64,000 nucleotides of DNA, taken from an uncultured Haloferula sp. (GTDB lineage: Bacteria; Verrucomicrobiota; Verrucomicrobiia; Verrucomicrobiales; Akkermansiaceae). The stretch covers positions 96,001-160,000 of the forward strand of contig CBFGTS010000007.1 in assembly GCA_965652295.1 (NCBI GenBank), read 5' to 3'. The position numbers and the translations under genes are program-made. The notes under the pieces are model-generated. The model saw nothing but the letters and a program-made list of their open reading frames with translations. It was not told the origin of the DNA and searched no databases. This document shows positions 51,210-60,910 of this stretch, piece by piece; position 1 is the stretch's first letter; each line of letters begins with the position of its first letter.

Positions 51210-51605
51210 TTATTTCCGGGGCTCGGGCATCGGCATGACCTCGGCGAGCTCGAAGTCGATGAGGCAGAAGTGGCCGGTTTTGTTGTCGTAGGTGACGTTG
51301 CGGCGTTCGGCGTCGAGGTGACGGACGCCATAGGTGTGCTCGAGGTCGGCGAAGAGGGCGAGCGCTCTTTCCTTGCTGATCGTCGGGGCGGGTTGGCCAC
51401 AGGAGGTGGTGACGAGGTAGAGTTCGTCCGGATGCTCTTCGAGGACCTTCGGGACATAGGGACAGCCGCGTTCTTCGAGGACCTTGAGGACCATGACTTC
51501 GGTGGCGTAGCGCTGCTCGGCATCGGTGCCGCGGAAGCGTTTGTGCACGCGGCCGGTCCAGTCGAGCCGCACTTCGGAGCGGATGCCGTCTTTGAGTTCT
51601 CGCAT
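51210..51605 (-). CDS. Minimal protein-kinase-like protein (131 aa)
   Basis: VHK, alphaC Glu, VPKV, HLDAERRN catalytic loop, LIDFE; start MRELKDG. Confidence 0.75.
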   Translation of the reverse strand: MRELKDGIRSEVRLDWTGRVHKRFRGTDAEQRYATEVMVLKVLEERGCPYVPKVLEEHPDELYLVTTSCGQPAPTISKERALALFADLEHTYGVRHLDAERRNVTYDNKTGHFCLIDFELAEVMPMPEPRK

Positions 51606-51609
51606 GATA

Positions 51610-53010
51610 TCAGAGCCCGAGGAGTGCGCGGGCGACGGTAAAGTAGATGACCATCCCGGAGACGTCCACAATGGCCGCAATGGCGGGGGCGGAAACCACG
51701 GCGGGGTCGAGCCGCATGGCGCGTGCGCCGAAGGGCAACAGTGAACCGAGGAAGGTGGCGGAGGTGACCTGCGCGGTGAGGGCGACGGCGACGGAAAAGG
51801 CGAGGTGGGGGTAGCCGAGGCCGCCGGGGAGGCCGGGCTTGAAGGCGGGCAGGACGAAGGCCGTGAAAAGGGCCATGCAGATGCCGAGCAGCAGCCCGAG
51901 CATGAAACCGGTGCGGAGTTCCTTCCACGCGACGCGGGCACCGGTGCCGGGGACCAGCTCGTTGAGCGACATCGCGCGGATGACCATGGTTGTGGCTTGG
52001 CCGCCTGAATTTCCGCCGGCGGCGACGACCATCGGCAGGAAAAGCGAGAGGATGAAGACCTCGCTGAGCATGGTGCCGAAGCGCATCATGACGTAGCCGG
52101 AAAGGATCGACACGAAAGCCAGCCCGACCAGCCAGCCGGCGCGGCGGCGGAAATGATTGAAGGGATTGGCGGAAAGGTAGGTGGATTCGTCCTGATCGCC
52201 GGCGATACCGCCGAAGCGCTCGAAGTCCTCGGTGCTCTCTTCCTGGAGGATCTCCATCGCGTCATCGTGCGTGATGATCCCGAGCAGGTGGTCGAACTCA
52301 TCGACGACCGGCAGCACGATGAGGTCGTATTTCAAAAGCAGATGGGCGGCCTCCTCCTGGTCGGCGGTGGCGAGCACGCGCTGCTCCTGCCCGACCTCGG
52401 CCATGATGTCGCGGATGGGCGTGTCCCAGGTGTTGAAAGCGAGGTCGCGGAGGCGGACGCGGCCGATCAGGTGGCCTTTGGCATCGACCACGAAAATCCG
52501 GGAAAGCGTCTCGGTGTTGTCCTGGTCGCGACGCAGGTATTCGATCGCCTGCTTGACCGTCATGCTGGCGAAAAGCCGACCGAAGCGGGTGGTCATGCGC
52601 CCGCCGGCGGTGTCGTACTCGTAGCGCAGCAGGCTGCGGGTCAGCTCCTCGTCCTCCGGCCCGAGTAAGCCGAGGTAGCGCAGACGTGCCTCGTCGCCGA
52701 CGGCTTGGAGCAGGTCCACTCGGTCATCGTCTGACAGCTCGCGGAAGAGGACTTTCAGTTCGCCGGGGCGGAAATGGTCGAGGGCCTCCTCGATGAGCGA
52801 CTCGGGCAGTTCCACGACCATGTCCGCGGCCAGCTCGGGGCCGATGGACTTGAGGAAAACGGGATGCTTTTCCTCCTCAAGCTCCAGGTAAGCCTGGGCG
52901 AGGTCGGCGTAGTGGGTTTCCGACGCGAGCGAGTGGATGGCGCTCTGGTCATCGGCCTCGACCGCGCGCAGAAGCGCTTCGGTGGGGCTGGCGACGGCGT
53001 CCTCGGGCAT
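51610..53010 (-). CDS. mgtE: Magnesium transporter MgtE
   Basis: N-domain, CBS pair, GGNSGGQ, DPAVVSAP..A..VD. Confidence 0.95.
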   Translation of the reverse strand: MPEDAVASPTEALLRAVEADDQSAIHSLASETHYADLAQAYLELEEEKHPVFLKSIGPELAADMVVELPESLIEEALDHFRPGELKVLFRELSDDDRVDLLQAVGDEARLRYLGLLGPEDEELTRSLLRYEYDTAGGRMTTRFGRLFASMTVKQAIEYLRRDQDNTETLSRIFVVDAKGHLIGRVRLRDLAFNTWDTPIRDIMAEVGQEQRVLATADQEEAAHLLLKYDLIVLPVVDEFDHLLGIITHDDAMEILQEESTEDFERFGGIAGDQDESTYLSANPFNHFRRRAGWLVGLAFVSILSGYVMMRFGTMLSEVFILSLFLPMVVAAGGNSGGQATTMVIRAMSLNELVPGTGARVAWKELRTGFMLGLLLGICMALFTAFVLPAFKPGLPGGLGYPHLAFSVAVALTAQVTSATFLGSLLPFGARAMRLDPAVVSAPAIAAIVDVSGMVIYFTVARALLGL

Positions 53011-53058
53011 GCGGGCAGTCTTGTCCCCGCTTCCGTAACCCGCAAGCCCGGGCGGCGG

Positions 53059-53583
53059 TTAATCCCGTGGCGGATTCGTCGCCCGAAGGCGTGGGACGGC
53101 TTTCGGGATGCCGGCGGCGAACCGTTTCACCGCGCGGGCGACCGGTTTCACCGCCCAGACCGTCAGCTCGATGCGGTCGGCGTCATCTCGGACCCACTCC
53201 AGCACGAGATCGCTGCTGATGCCCTCGCACTCGATCGGGAACATGGCCTTCTGTCGCGTGTGCGGTTTGTGGAGATCGATGCGCTCCAGCAGCGATTTCA
53301 CCTGTTCGTCGCCGAGGCCGCGGTCGATCGACTCGCGGATGCGTTCGATGAGAAACGGCAGGTATTCCGTCTGCGTGCGGACCACGATCTGGCGGCGGTG
53401 GATGAAGCCGTAGCGCAGTTCGTTGAGCATTTCCTCGCTGGTGAGGTCGTCCGGGTGTTCGAGCCGGTGCATGCGCTTTTCCGCCAGGTGACGGAGCAGC
53501 AGGTAGAGCCCGATCCCCAGCGGCCACGCGCTGGCGACGGCGATGAAAAGGAACCAGGAGAGGTATTTCGGGGCATCGGTCAC
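53059..53583 (-). CDS. Hypothetical membrane-anchored protein
   Basis: N-terminal TM helix; ORF fills the gap. Confidence 0.6.
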   Translation of the reverse strand: MTDAPKYLSWFLFIAVASAWPLGIGLYLLLRHLAEKRMHRLEHPDDLTSEEMLNELRYGFIHRRQIVVRTQTEYLPFLIERIRESIDRGLGDEQVKSLLERIDLHKPHTRQKAMFPIECEGISSDLVLEWVRDDADRIELTVWAVKPVARAVKRFAAGIPKAVPRLRATNPPRD

Positions 53584-53665
53584 GGATGATCGAAGCTAGC
53601 CCGGTTTCCTGAATTGGAAAGGTTGCGGTGGCGGCGGAATCTTTTGGGAGAGGGGACGCCGGGAT

Positions 53666-53722
53666 TGGAACGCGAGCTTCAGCTCGCCCGGGCTTCGGTG
53701 GCGAGCTGAAGCTCGCGTTCCA
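53666..53722. repeat. Inverted REP-like doublet downstream of pheT
   Basis: Perfect 23-bp inverted repeat TGGAACGCGAGCTTCAGCTCGCC, each unit itself palindromic. Confidence 0.85.
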
Positions 53723-53727
53723 GTGTC

Positions 53728-56103
53728 TTAGCGGAACCGCACGGGAAGGGATTTATCAAGGTGATCGAGCACAGCTTTGTGCGCTTGGTCGATTTCCTGC
53801 GCGTTCAACGTCTTGTTAGAGGCGCGGTAGTGCATGCGGTAGGTGATGGCCTTGCGGTCGGTGGCGAGTTTCTCACCGCTGGGATCGGTGAAGAGATCGA
53901 CGCACTCGAAGGAAACGAGGAGCGGCTGCTGGAGTTTGGCGAAGGCCTTCTCGATCTCGGCGTTGGTGAGGGAGGCGGCGGCATCGAGCGAGACGTCGCG
54001 CGAGGAACCGGGGAACTGCGGGAGGTCGGCGATGTCGAGGGAGACGGCGGCGAGCTTGCGCAGTTTGGCGAGGTCCAGCTCGGCGACGAAGATTGGAGCG
54101 GGCGAGTCGAGTTCGCGCTGACGGGCGGGACTGACCATTCCGAAGGAGCCGACATTTTGGCCACCGGCCTGGATGTCGGCACCGAGTACGTAGCCGGGGC
54201 GCTCGCGGGGCGAGAACTGGATGGCGACGCCGGGAATGAGAACCTGGATGATGGCCTTGAGGTCGTAGAGGTCGGCCTTGGCGGGCTTTTGCGTCCAGCT
54301 GGTGGCGTTGCGGTTGCCGGAGATGAGCAGGGCGAGGCTTTCAGCTTCGAGGTCCTTGGCCCTGCCGCCGCCGGCGTTGCGGAAGAAACGGCCCATTTCG
54401 AAAAGATGGAGGCTCTCGGCTTGTTGGCGGAGGTTGCGTTCGGCCGAAGCGATGAGACCGGGGACGAGGCTGGGGCGGAGCACGGCGTGGTCCTCGCTGA
54501 GAGGGAGGGCGACGCGGATGGTGTCGCCGGGTTGCAGCGGCTTGAGCGGGAGGGCGTCGGCGAGCTGGGTATCCGCGATCAGCTTGATGGTCTGGCACTC
54601 GTGGAAACCAAGGCCGGCGAGTCGTTGGCGCAGGCGCATGTCGGCATCGTAGTCGTGATCGACCGGGCTGGAGGGGACGAAGGTGCCTTGGAGGCGCGAA
54701 GGGACGGCGTCGAGGCCTTTGACGCGGACGATCTCCTCGACGAGGTCGATGTGGCGCTGGAGGTCGGCACGGAAAGCGGGGACCTGCCAGAGGCCGTCGA
54801 TGGCTTTCGAGAGGCCGAGGCGTTCGAGGATGATCGCGGCTTCGTCATGGGAAATGGACGAACCGGTGAGTTGGTCGAGCTTGGCGAGGTCGAGCGCAAC
54901 GGGGCGGGTGAGTTGCGGGGCATCACCGGCGGCGATGGTCTTTCCTTCGACGCTGCCGCCGGCGATTTCGGTGATCAACCGGATGGCGAGAGCGGCCGCG
55001 GGCAGGACGCCTTCCGGGTTCGCGCCGCGCTCGAAGCGGTAGGACGAGTCGGAGGAAAGCGCGAGCCGGCGCGAGCTGCGGCGGATGCGGGACGGGGTGA
55101 AGTACGCCGATTCCAGTAGGATGTCGGTGGTGGCTTCGGTCACGCCGCTGTCCTCGCCGCCCATGATGCCGCCGAGGGCGAGGGCGGTGCCGGAGGTGTC
55201 GGAAATCAGGCAGTCGTCGGCGGTGAGGGTGTAGGTTTCCTCGTCGAGCGCTTGGAAGCTTTCGCCCTCGGCGGCGTGGCGGACGACGATGCCGCCGGAG
55301 ACCTTGGCGGCATCGAAGGCGTGGAGCGGGTGGCCGAGTTCGTGAAGAACGAAGTTGGTGATATCGACGACGTTGTTGATCGGGCGCAGGCCGATGGCTT
55401 CGAGCCGCTGCTTGAGCCAGGCCGGGCTTTCGGTGACCTTGACGCCGCTGATCCGGGTGAGGGTGTAGAAGGGGCAGGTCTCGGGTGCGTCGATGCGGAC
55501 GGCATTGCCCGTGGCGGCTTCGAGCGCCGGGAGATCGAGCGGTTTCAGCGGGACTTCGAGCAGCGTGGCCATCTCGCGGGCCATGCCGTAGTGGCTGAGG
55601 AGGTCGGGGCGGTTTGGGGTGACCTCGACTTCGAGCAGCACATCACTTTCGAAAAGCTCCTTCACCGGTTTGCCGATTTCGGCGTCGGGCGGCAGGATCA
55701 TGAGGCCGTCCTCGCTATCGGTCAGGCCGATTTCGGAGGCGGCGGCGAGCATGCCTTTGGATTCGACGCCGCGCATCTTGGTCTCGCCGATGACGAAGCC
55801 GCCGAGGTCGGCACCGGGGAGGCAGCAGGGAACCTTGTCGCCGACCTTGTAGTTCTTCGCGCCGCAGACGATCTGGCGGAGTTGGCCCTCGCCGGCGTCG
55901 ACCTGGGTGACCTTGAGCTTGTCGGCGTTGGGGTGGGGAACGGCTTCCTTGATCTGGGCGACGACGATTTTGTCGGAGGGCACGCCCTTGACCTCGATGC
56001 CTTCGACTTCGACGCCGGCGAAGGTGAGGAGCTTGTCGAGTTCGTCGGGGGTTTTGCCCTTGAGATCGACGTGGGTGGCGAGCCAGTTGAGAGAGACGTT
56101 CAT
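53728..56103 (-). CDS. pheT: Phenylalanine-tRNA ligase beta subunit
   Basis: HPNADKL, IVCGA, TPNRPD, RPINNVVDITN, FDX-ACB C-terminus. Confidence 0.98.
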   Translation of the reverse strand: MNVSLNWLATHVDLKGKTPDELDKLLTFAGVEVEGIEVKGVPSDKIVVAQIKEAVPHPNADKLKVTQVDAGEGQLRQIVCGAKNYKVGDKVPCCLPGADLGGFVIGETKMRGVESKGMLAAASEIGLTDSEDGLMILPPDAEIGKPVKELFESDVLLEVEVTPNRPDLLSHYGMAREMATLLEVPLKPLDLPALEAATGNAVRIDAPETCPFYTLTRISGVKVTESPAWLKQRLEAIGLRPINNVVDITNFVLHELGHPLHAFDAAKVSGGIVVRHAAEGESFQALDEETYTLTADDCLISDTSGTALALGGIMGGEDSGVTEATTDILLESAYFTPSRIRRSSRRLALSSDSSYRFERGANPEGVLPAAALAIRLITEIAGGSVEGKTIAAGDAPQLTRPVALDLAKLDQLTGSSISHDEAAIILERLGLSKAIDGLWQVPAFRADLQRHIDLVEEIVRVKGLDAVPSRLQGTFVPSSPVDHDYDADMRLRQRLAGLGFHECQTIKLIADTQLADALPLKPLQPGDTIRVALPLSEDHAVLRPSLVPGLIASAERNLRQQAESLHLFEMGRFFRNAGGGRAKDLEAESLALLISGNRNATSWTQKPAKADLYDLKAIIQVLIPGVAIQFSPRERPGYVLGADIQAGGQNVGSFGMVSPARQRELDSPAPIFVAELDLAKLRKLAAVSLDIADLPQFPGSSRDVSLDAAASLTNAEIEKAFAKLQQPLLVSFECVDLFTDPSGEKLATDRKAITYRMHYRASNKTLNAQEIDQAHKAVLDHLDKSLPVRFR

Positions 56104-56106
56104 GGC

Positions 56107-56137
56107 GATGGTGGATGGTAGATGGAGGATGGTGGAT
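56107..56137. repeat. Heptamer arm downstream of four-helix-bundle gene
   Basis: GATGGTG GATGGTA GATGGAG GATGGTG GAT. Confidence 0.85.
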
Positions 56138-56199
56138 CCCGGGGGGCGGACAGGATGAGGACGCGGGCTGTCTTGGTGGGGAAAACCGATAATGGAATT

Positions 56200-56595
56200 C
56201 TAGGTGCGATCCGGATCGTGCTGGCGTTCGACTCCTTTGATGAAGAGGTAGATGGATTTGGAGAGGTCGGAGAGACGACCTTCGAGATGATTGAAAAGAT
56301 CCGTGTCGGTGAGGGAACCCGTGTCGTGGAGAGTTTCCAGGTGATCGATCGTCTCCATGCAGGAAGCGTAGGAGAAGTCGAGAAAACGGATGTAATCCGC
56401 CTTGTAGCGCCTCCGACCATGACCCTCGACGATGTTGGATTTGACCGATTTCATGCTACGGCGGATCTGGCTGCCCTCCTCGTAGAGCTCGAATTTCGGG
56501 AGTTTTGTCAGGCTCATCTGATGGATTTCAACTGTCAGGTCACGGGCGATCTGCCAGATCTTGAGCTTCTTGTGTCCGAAAGGCACCGAGTCCAT
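56200..56595 (-). CDS. Four helix bundle protein (23S rRNA IVP / Avd-like family)
   Basis: KLKIWQ, LPKFELY...SQIRRS..SV.SNIVEG, RFL..S.AS..E; alternative start 56607. Confidence 0.93.
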   Translation of the reverse strand: MDSVPFGHKKLKIWQIARDLTVEIHQMSLTKLPKFELYEEGSQIRRSMKSVKSNIVEGHGRRRYKADYIRFLDFSYASCMETIDHLETLHDTGSLTDTDLFNHLEGRLSDLSKSIYLFIKGVERQHDPDRT

Positions 56596-56597
56596 GG

Positions 56598-56632
56598 CAT
56601 CCATCATCTTTCATCCACCATCTACGATCTCA
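56598..56632. repeat. Heptamer arm upstream of four-helix-bundle gene (inverted relative to 56107-56137)
   Basis: CATCCAT CATCTTT CATCCAC CATCTAC GATCTCA. Confidence 0.8.
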
Positions 56633-56639
56633 GCCCGCC

Positions 56640-57656
56640 TCACGCGAATTGCTTGAGGAACCGGACATCGTTCTCGATCAGCAGCCGGATGTCCTTGATG
56701 CCCCAGCGGATCATGGCGAGGCGGTCGAGGCCCATGCCGAAGGCGAAGCCGGTGACGTTTTCGGGATCGAAAGCGTCGTCCTTGCGGCTCTTGTCGATCG
56801 ATTCGAAGACGGCGGGATCGACCATGCCGCAGCCAGCGACTTCGATCCACTTGGGGGCCTGGCCCTTGGCGTGGAGTTTGACGTCGATCTCGAAGCTGGG
56901 CTCGGTGAAGGGGAAGAAGTGGGGACGGAAACGGACCGCGGTGTCGGAGCCGAACATTTCGCGGAGGAAGTATTCGAGGGTGCCCTTGAGGTCGCCCAGG
57001 GAGACGTCGCGATCGACGTAGAGACCTTCGAGCTGGTTGAACACGGAGAGGTGGGTGGCGTCGATCTCGTCGCGGCGGTAGGCGGAGCCGGGGGCGATGA
57101 TGCGGACCGGAGGGGCCTGGGTTTCCATGGTGCGGATCTGCACGCTGGAGGTGTGGGTGCGGAGCAGCTTGCCGGAGTCGAAATAGAAGGTGTCCTTCTC
57201 GTTGCGCGCGGGGTGGTCGGCGGGGGTGTTCAGCGCGTCGAAGCAGTGGAACTCGTCCTCGATCTCGGGGCCATCGGCGAGGGCGAAGCCCATGCGGCGG
57301 AGAACCTCGATGGCCTGATGGCGGATGAGGGTGAGGGGATGGAGCGAGCCGTGGTGGAGGGCGCGGCCGGGCAGGGTGAGGTCGATGCCTTCAAGCGCCC
57401 TGGCGTCGGCGATGGCCTGGAGGGCCTGTTGCTTGGTCTCGAGCGCCTCGGTGATGGCGGTCCGGGAGGTGTTGAGGAGCTGGCCGATCTCGGCCTTCTG
57501 CTCCTTGGGCACATCGCGCATGCCGGCGGACACTTCGGTGAGCGAGCCCTTTTTCCCGAGGATGGCGACGCGGGCGTCTTCGAGGGCGCGGGCGTCGGCT
57601 GCGGCTTCGATGCGGGCAAGGGCTTCGGCCTGGATGGCGGCGATCTTTTCCTTCAT
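56640..57656 (-). CDS. pheS: Phenylalanine-tRNA ligase alpha subunit
   Basis: HPAR, LRTHTS, FRPHFFPFTEPS, GFAFGMGLDR. Confidence 0.98.
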   Translation of the reverse strand: MKEKIAAIQAEALARIEAAADARALEDARVAILGKKGSLTEVSAGMRDVPKEQKAEIGQLLNTSRTAITEALETKQQALQAIADARALEGIDLTLPGRALHHGSLHPLTLIRHQAIEVLRRMGFALADGPEIEDEFHCFDALNTPADHPARNEKDTFYFDSGKLLRTHTSSVQIRTMETQAPPVRIIAPGSAYRRDEIDATHLSVFNQLEGLYVDRDVSLGDLKGTLEYFLREMFGSDTAVRFRPHFFPFTEPSFEIDVKLHAKGQAPKWIEVAGCGMVDPAVFESIDKSRKDDAFDPENVTGFAFGMGLDRLAMIRWGIKDIRLLIENDVRFLKQFA

Positions 57657-57674
57657 GGCAATGCGGGGGCGCAG

Positions 57675-57703
57675 GGGATAGCGGGAAGCGGGCGGGAGGT
57701 CAA
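57675..57703 (-). promoter_or_regulatory. pheS promoter
   Basis: TTGACC-17nt-TATCCC. Confidence 0.55.
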
Positions 57704-57779
57704 AGCCCGGATGGTGGTGTTTGGGATGGGGAGGGCTTTTGAGGTGAGGCGGTGCCGGTCTCATGACCGGCGCTCCACG

Positions 57780-57815
57780 AAAAAACGCCGTCCGGCGAAC
57801 CGGACGGCGTTTTTT
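57780..57815 (-). terminator. Rho-independent terminator after rplT
   Basis: A6-CGCCGTCCGG-loop-CCGGACGGCG-T6; UUCG loop on minus strand. Confidence 0.92.
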
Positions 57816-57836
57816 GAATCGGAGACCGGTAACCGA

Positions 57837-58211
57837 TCAGGCGGCGGCACCCTTCTTTTCGAGGGCGGCCTTGGCCTGGGCGATGATCGCCGAGAACGCG
57901 GCTGCGTCCTGGACGGCGAGGTCGGCGAGGATCTTGCGGTCGGCTTGGATGCCGGCGGCATTGAGACCCTCGATGAAGCGGGAATAGGTCAGGCCTTCGT
58001 TGCGGACGGCAGCGCTGATGCGCTGGATCCACAGACGGCGGAACTGGCCTTTCCGCTTCTTCCGGTCGCGGTACTCATAGATGTGGGCCTTGCGGACGGC
58101 GTCCTTGGCGTAGCGGTAGAGCTTCGAGCGGAAACCGCGGAAGCCTTTGGCACGCAGGAGCACCCGCTTGCGGCGGGCGCGTGAGGCCGGGCTGTTGGTG
58201 GCGCGTGGCAT
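57837..58211 (-). CDS. rplT: 50S ribosomal protein L20
   Basis: [23 protein letters not shown]. Confidence 0.98.
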   Translation of the reverse strand: MPRATNSPASRARRKRVLLRAKGFRGFRSKLYRYAKDAVRKAHIYEYRDRKKRKGQFRRLWIQRISAAVRNEGLTYSRFIEGLNAAGIQADRKILADLAVQDAAAFSAIIAQAKAALEKKGAAA

Positions 58212-58355
58212 TGGTGCTTATCAGTTCGGACAGGCCGTTGGTTGTTCTTACCTCCCGCAGTCTCGCTTGTCCGTTGGTACCCTTGCGGGTCAGGCTGCGA
58301 TGGAGGCCGTCCGAGGCGCGGACGGGGGCGTGGTGATGTCGCTACAGTGTCAGGT

Positions 58356-58565
58356 TCAGGCGAAAGGAAGGTTCTCCTTTACGTTTTTGATGTCAGCGTC
58401 GGAAACGAGCGTCACCTTACCCAGGTGGCGCTTGCGCTTGCGGCTCTTGCATTGGAGCAAGTGTCGCTTGCCTTGTTTGCGACGCAGGACCTTCCCTGTG
58501 CCTGTCACCTTGAAACGTTTGGCGACAGCCTTCCGGGTCTTTGCTTTTCCTGCGATCCGTGGCAT
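58356..58565 (-). CDS. rpmI: 50S ribosomal protein L35
   Basis: KTRKAVAKRFKVTGTGK, GKRHLL. Confidence 0.97.
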   Translation of the reverse strand: MPRIAGKAKTRKAVAKRFKVTGTGKVLRRKQGKRHLLQCKSRKRKRHLGKVTLVSDADIKNVKENLPFA

Positions 58566-58764
58566 GGGGCGGCGAAACTAGGGGGCGGCCGGGGGTTGGC
58601 AAGACAAAAGTAGCTGTTTTCCCGCTCAAACCGCGTGGTGTCCGGCAGGGGACTCGGGAGAGGCCCGGGGACGATGGCTCCAGCTTCCCGCCTCATTTTC
58701 GATCACCCAACATGAGGGTTTGGGGTTGAGGGTGATGGCTTCGGCGTTACGATCCGCCCACTTC

Positions 58765-59715
58765 ATGAATCGCATTCTGGTCTGGATTTCCGCCGTTCTT
58801 TCCGCGTTGACGCCTCTCGTTGCCGAGGAGGCCGTGATGGTCGTGGAGGCTCACTCAGGGAAGGTGCTCATCGGGCGCAACACCACGGTGAAACGGCCGG
58901 TGGCCAGCCTGACCAAGGTGGCGACGGGCGTGCTGGTGGTCGATTGGGCGGAAGCCGCCGGAACCGATCTGGCGACGACCCAGGTGGTGGTGCCGAACTC
59001 GGTGATCGGAGCCGGCGGGGCGAATCCGATGCAGCTGGTACCGGGCGAGCGGCTGACGGCGCTCGATGCGTTGTTTTCCGCGATGCTGGGCAGCGACAAC
59101 GCCGCCGCGCTGACACTGGCGGATCATGTGGGACGGGAGTTTCTCCGCCGCCACGGCCGGTCGGGGGATCCGGTGGCCGCTTTCGTGCAGGAAATGAACC
59201 ACCTCGCCGAGGCTCTCAACATGCGGAAGACCAAGTTCGTCAATCCCCATGGCTTGGAAGCCCCGGACAAAATCGGTCTCTCCACCGCGGCGGACATCGC
59301 CAAGCTCTCGATCTACGCGATGCGCCGGCCGGGCATGACTTTCGTGACCCGGCAGCCGTCCCGCAAAGTCACGGTGCAGGGTGTCGGCGGTGCCCGTTCC
59401 TACCAGATCAAGAACACCAATGAGCTGGTTTCCGAACACATCATCGGGGTCAAAACCGGCACCACGGCGGCGGCGGGCGAATGCCTCTCCGTATCGGTCG
59501 AGCGCGAGCCGATGATCCGCACCAAAGCCGACGGCACCAAGGGCGTGACGCCGCGGCGGTTGATCATCGTGTTGCTCGACTCCCAGGATCGCTTCACCAA
59601 GGCGCGCGGATTGATCAAACAGGGGTGGGGGATCTACGATTCCTGGGTGGCATCCGGAGCGGTGGTGACCAACCCGGAGCGGGAGATTCTCACCGTTCCC
59701 GACCCGCGCGGGTGA
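58765..59715 (+). CDS. D-alanyl-D-alanine carboxypeptidase (S11)
   Basis: ASLTK, SDN, NPHGL, KTG. Confidence 0.92.
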   Translation: MNRILVWISAVLSALTPLVAEEAVMVVEAHSGKVLIGRNTTVKRPVASLTKVATGVLVVDWAEAAGTDLATTQVVVPNSVIGAGGANPMQLVPGERLTALDALFSAMLGSDNAAALTLADHVGREFLRRHGRSGDPVAAFVQEMNHLAEALNMRKTKFVNPHGLEAPDKIGLSTAADIAKLSIYAMRRPGMTFVTRQPSRKVTVQGVGGARSYQIKNTNELVSEHIIGVKTGTTAAAGECLSVSVEREPMIRTKADGTKGVTPRRLIIVLLDSQDRFTKARGLIKQGWGIYDSWVASGAVVTNPEREILTVPDPRG

Positions 59716-59770
59716 TGAGGACATTTTTTTTCCTTATCAAACCCAGAGAAATTAGAGAGAGCCGGTGCCG

Positions 59771-60844
59771 ATGCGTATCGGAATTCTGAATAGCGGAGGC
59801 GACTGCCCGGGCCTCAATGCGGTGATTCATGGGGTCGTGGGTGCAGCCACCCAGTTGGGCTGGGAGGTGATTGGCTTCAAGGATGGCTTCGAGGGGCTGC
59901 TGCCGCCCGGAGATTTCACCATCCTGAAGTCCGAAGACACCACCGGCATTCTCAAGCTCGGAGGCACCATCCTCGGCACCACCAACAAGGGCCACTTCGC
60001 CGCCAAGGTCGGCAAGGGCGACATCGCCGAGGTGCCGGCGGACATCGTGGCCAAGGCAAAGAAGACTCTCGACCAGCTCGAGATCGGAGCGCTGGTGATC
60101 GTCGGCGGCGACGGTTCGCTGACCACCGCCTTGCAGCTCTATCGTGAAGGCTGGCCGGTGATCGGCGTGCCGAAGACGATCGACAACGACCTTCAGGCGA
60201 CGGCGATGACCTTCGGTTTCGACAGTGCGGTGAGCACCGTGGTCGATGGCCTCGATCGTCTGCACACCACGGCGGACAGCCACAAGCGCGTGATGGTGCT
60301 GGAGGTCATGGGCCGTCACGCCGGGTGGATCGCCCTGTGGGGCGGGATCGCCGGTGGAGCGGATGCGATTCTCCTGCCGGAGATCGGGTTCAGCCTTGAG
60401 AAGGTGGCCGACCACATCAAGCAACGCGACGCCTTGGGGCGCCACAGCTCACTGATCGTGGTGGCGGAGGGAGCCAAGCTTCCCGATGGCGACATCGTCA
60501 CGATCGCCGAGAACGCCGGCGGGGAAGTTCGTCTCGGCGGTGTGGGCGATGTGGTGGCGAAACGCCTCGAGCAACTCACCGGCAAGGAAACCCGCTCGTG
60601 CACGCTGGGGCACCTCCAGCGCGGCGGGGCTCCTACGGCGCTCGACCGGATTCTCGGAACCCGCTTCGGGGTGATGGCCGTCAAGCTCGCCGCCGAAGGC
60701 AACTTCGGCCGCATGGTCAGCTATCAGGCCTACCACGTCGACTCGGTGCCGATCGAGGAGGCTGTGCACCAGCTCCGCTTGGTGACGCCGGATGGCGAAA
60801 TGGTGAAAGCCGCCAAGGCGGTCGGCATCTGCCTGGGAGACTGA
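59771..60844 (+). CDS. pfkA: 6-phosphofructokinase
   Basis: SGGDCPGLN, GGDGS, PKTIDND, MGR, GHLQRGG. Confidence 0.96.
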   Translation: MRIGILNSGGDCPGLNAVIHGVVGAATQLGWEVIGFKDGFEGLLPPGDFTILKSEDTTGILKLGGTILGTTNKGHFAAKVGKGDIAEVPADIVAKAKKTLDQLEIGALVIVGGDGSLTTALQLYREGWPVIGVPKTIDNDLQATAMTFGFDSAVSTVVDGLDRLHTTADSHKRVMVLEVMGRHAGWIALWGGIAGGADAILLPEIGFSLEKVADHIKQRDALGRHSSLIVVAEGAKLPDGDIVTIAENAGGEVRLGGVGDVVAKRLEQLTGKETRSCTLGHLQRGGAPTALDRILGTRFGVMAVKLAAEGNFGRMVSYQAYHVDSVPIEEAVHQLRLVTPDGEMVKAAKAVGICLGD

Positions 60845-60910
60845 TCCCTTTTTTCCGAAGCCGCGGGGAGCACTTGCTTCTCGCGGCTTTTCTTTTTAGT
60901 TCCGGGCACC

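Noticed and set aside
56200..56595. Diversity-generating retroelement
   Set aside because: An Avd-like gene only; no reverse transcriptase or TR/VR pair in the window
57657..57836. pheS attenuator (pheM leader or T-box)
   Set aside because: No Phe-rich leader or T-box motif seen; the hairpin is the rplT terminator and pheS has its own promoter downstream of it
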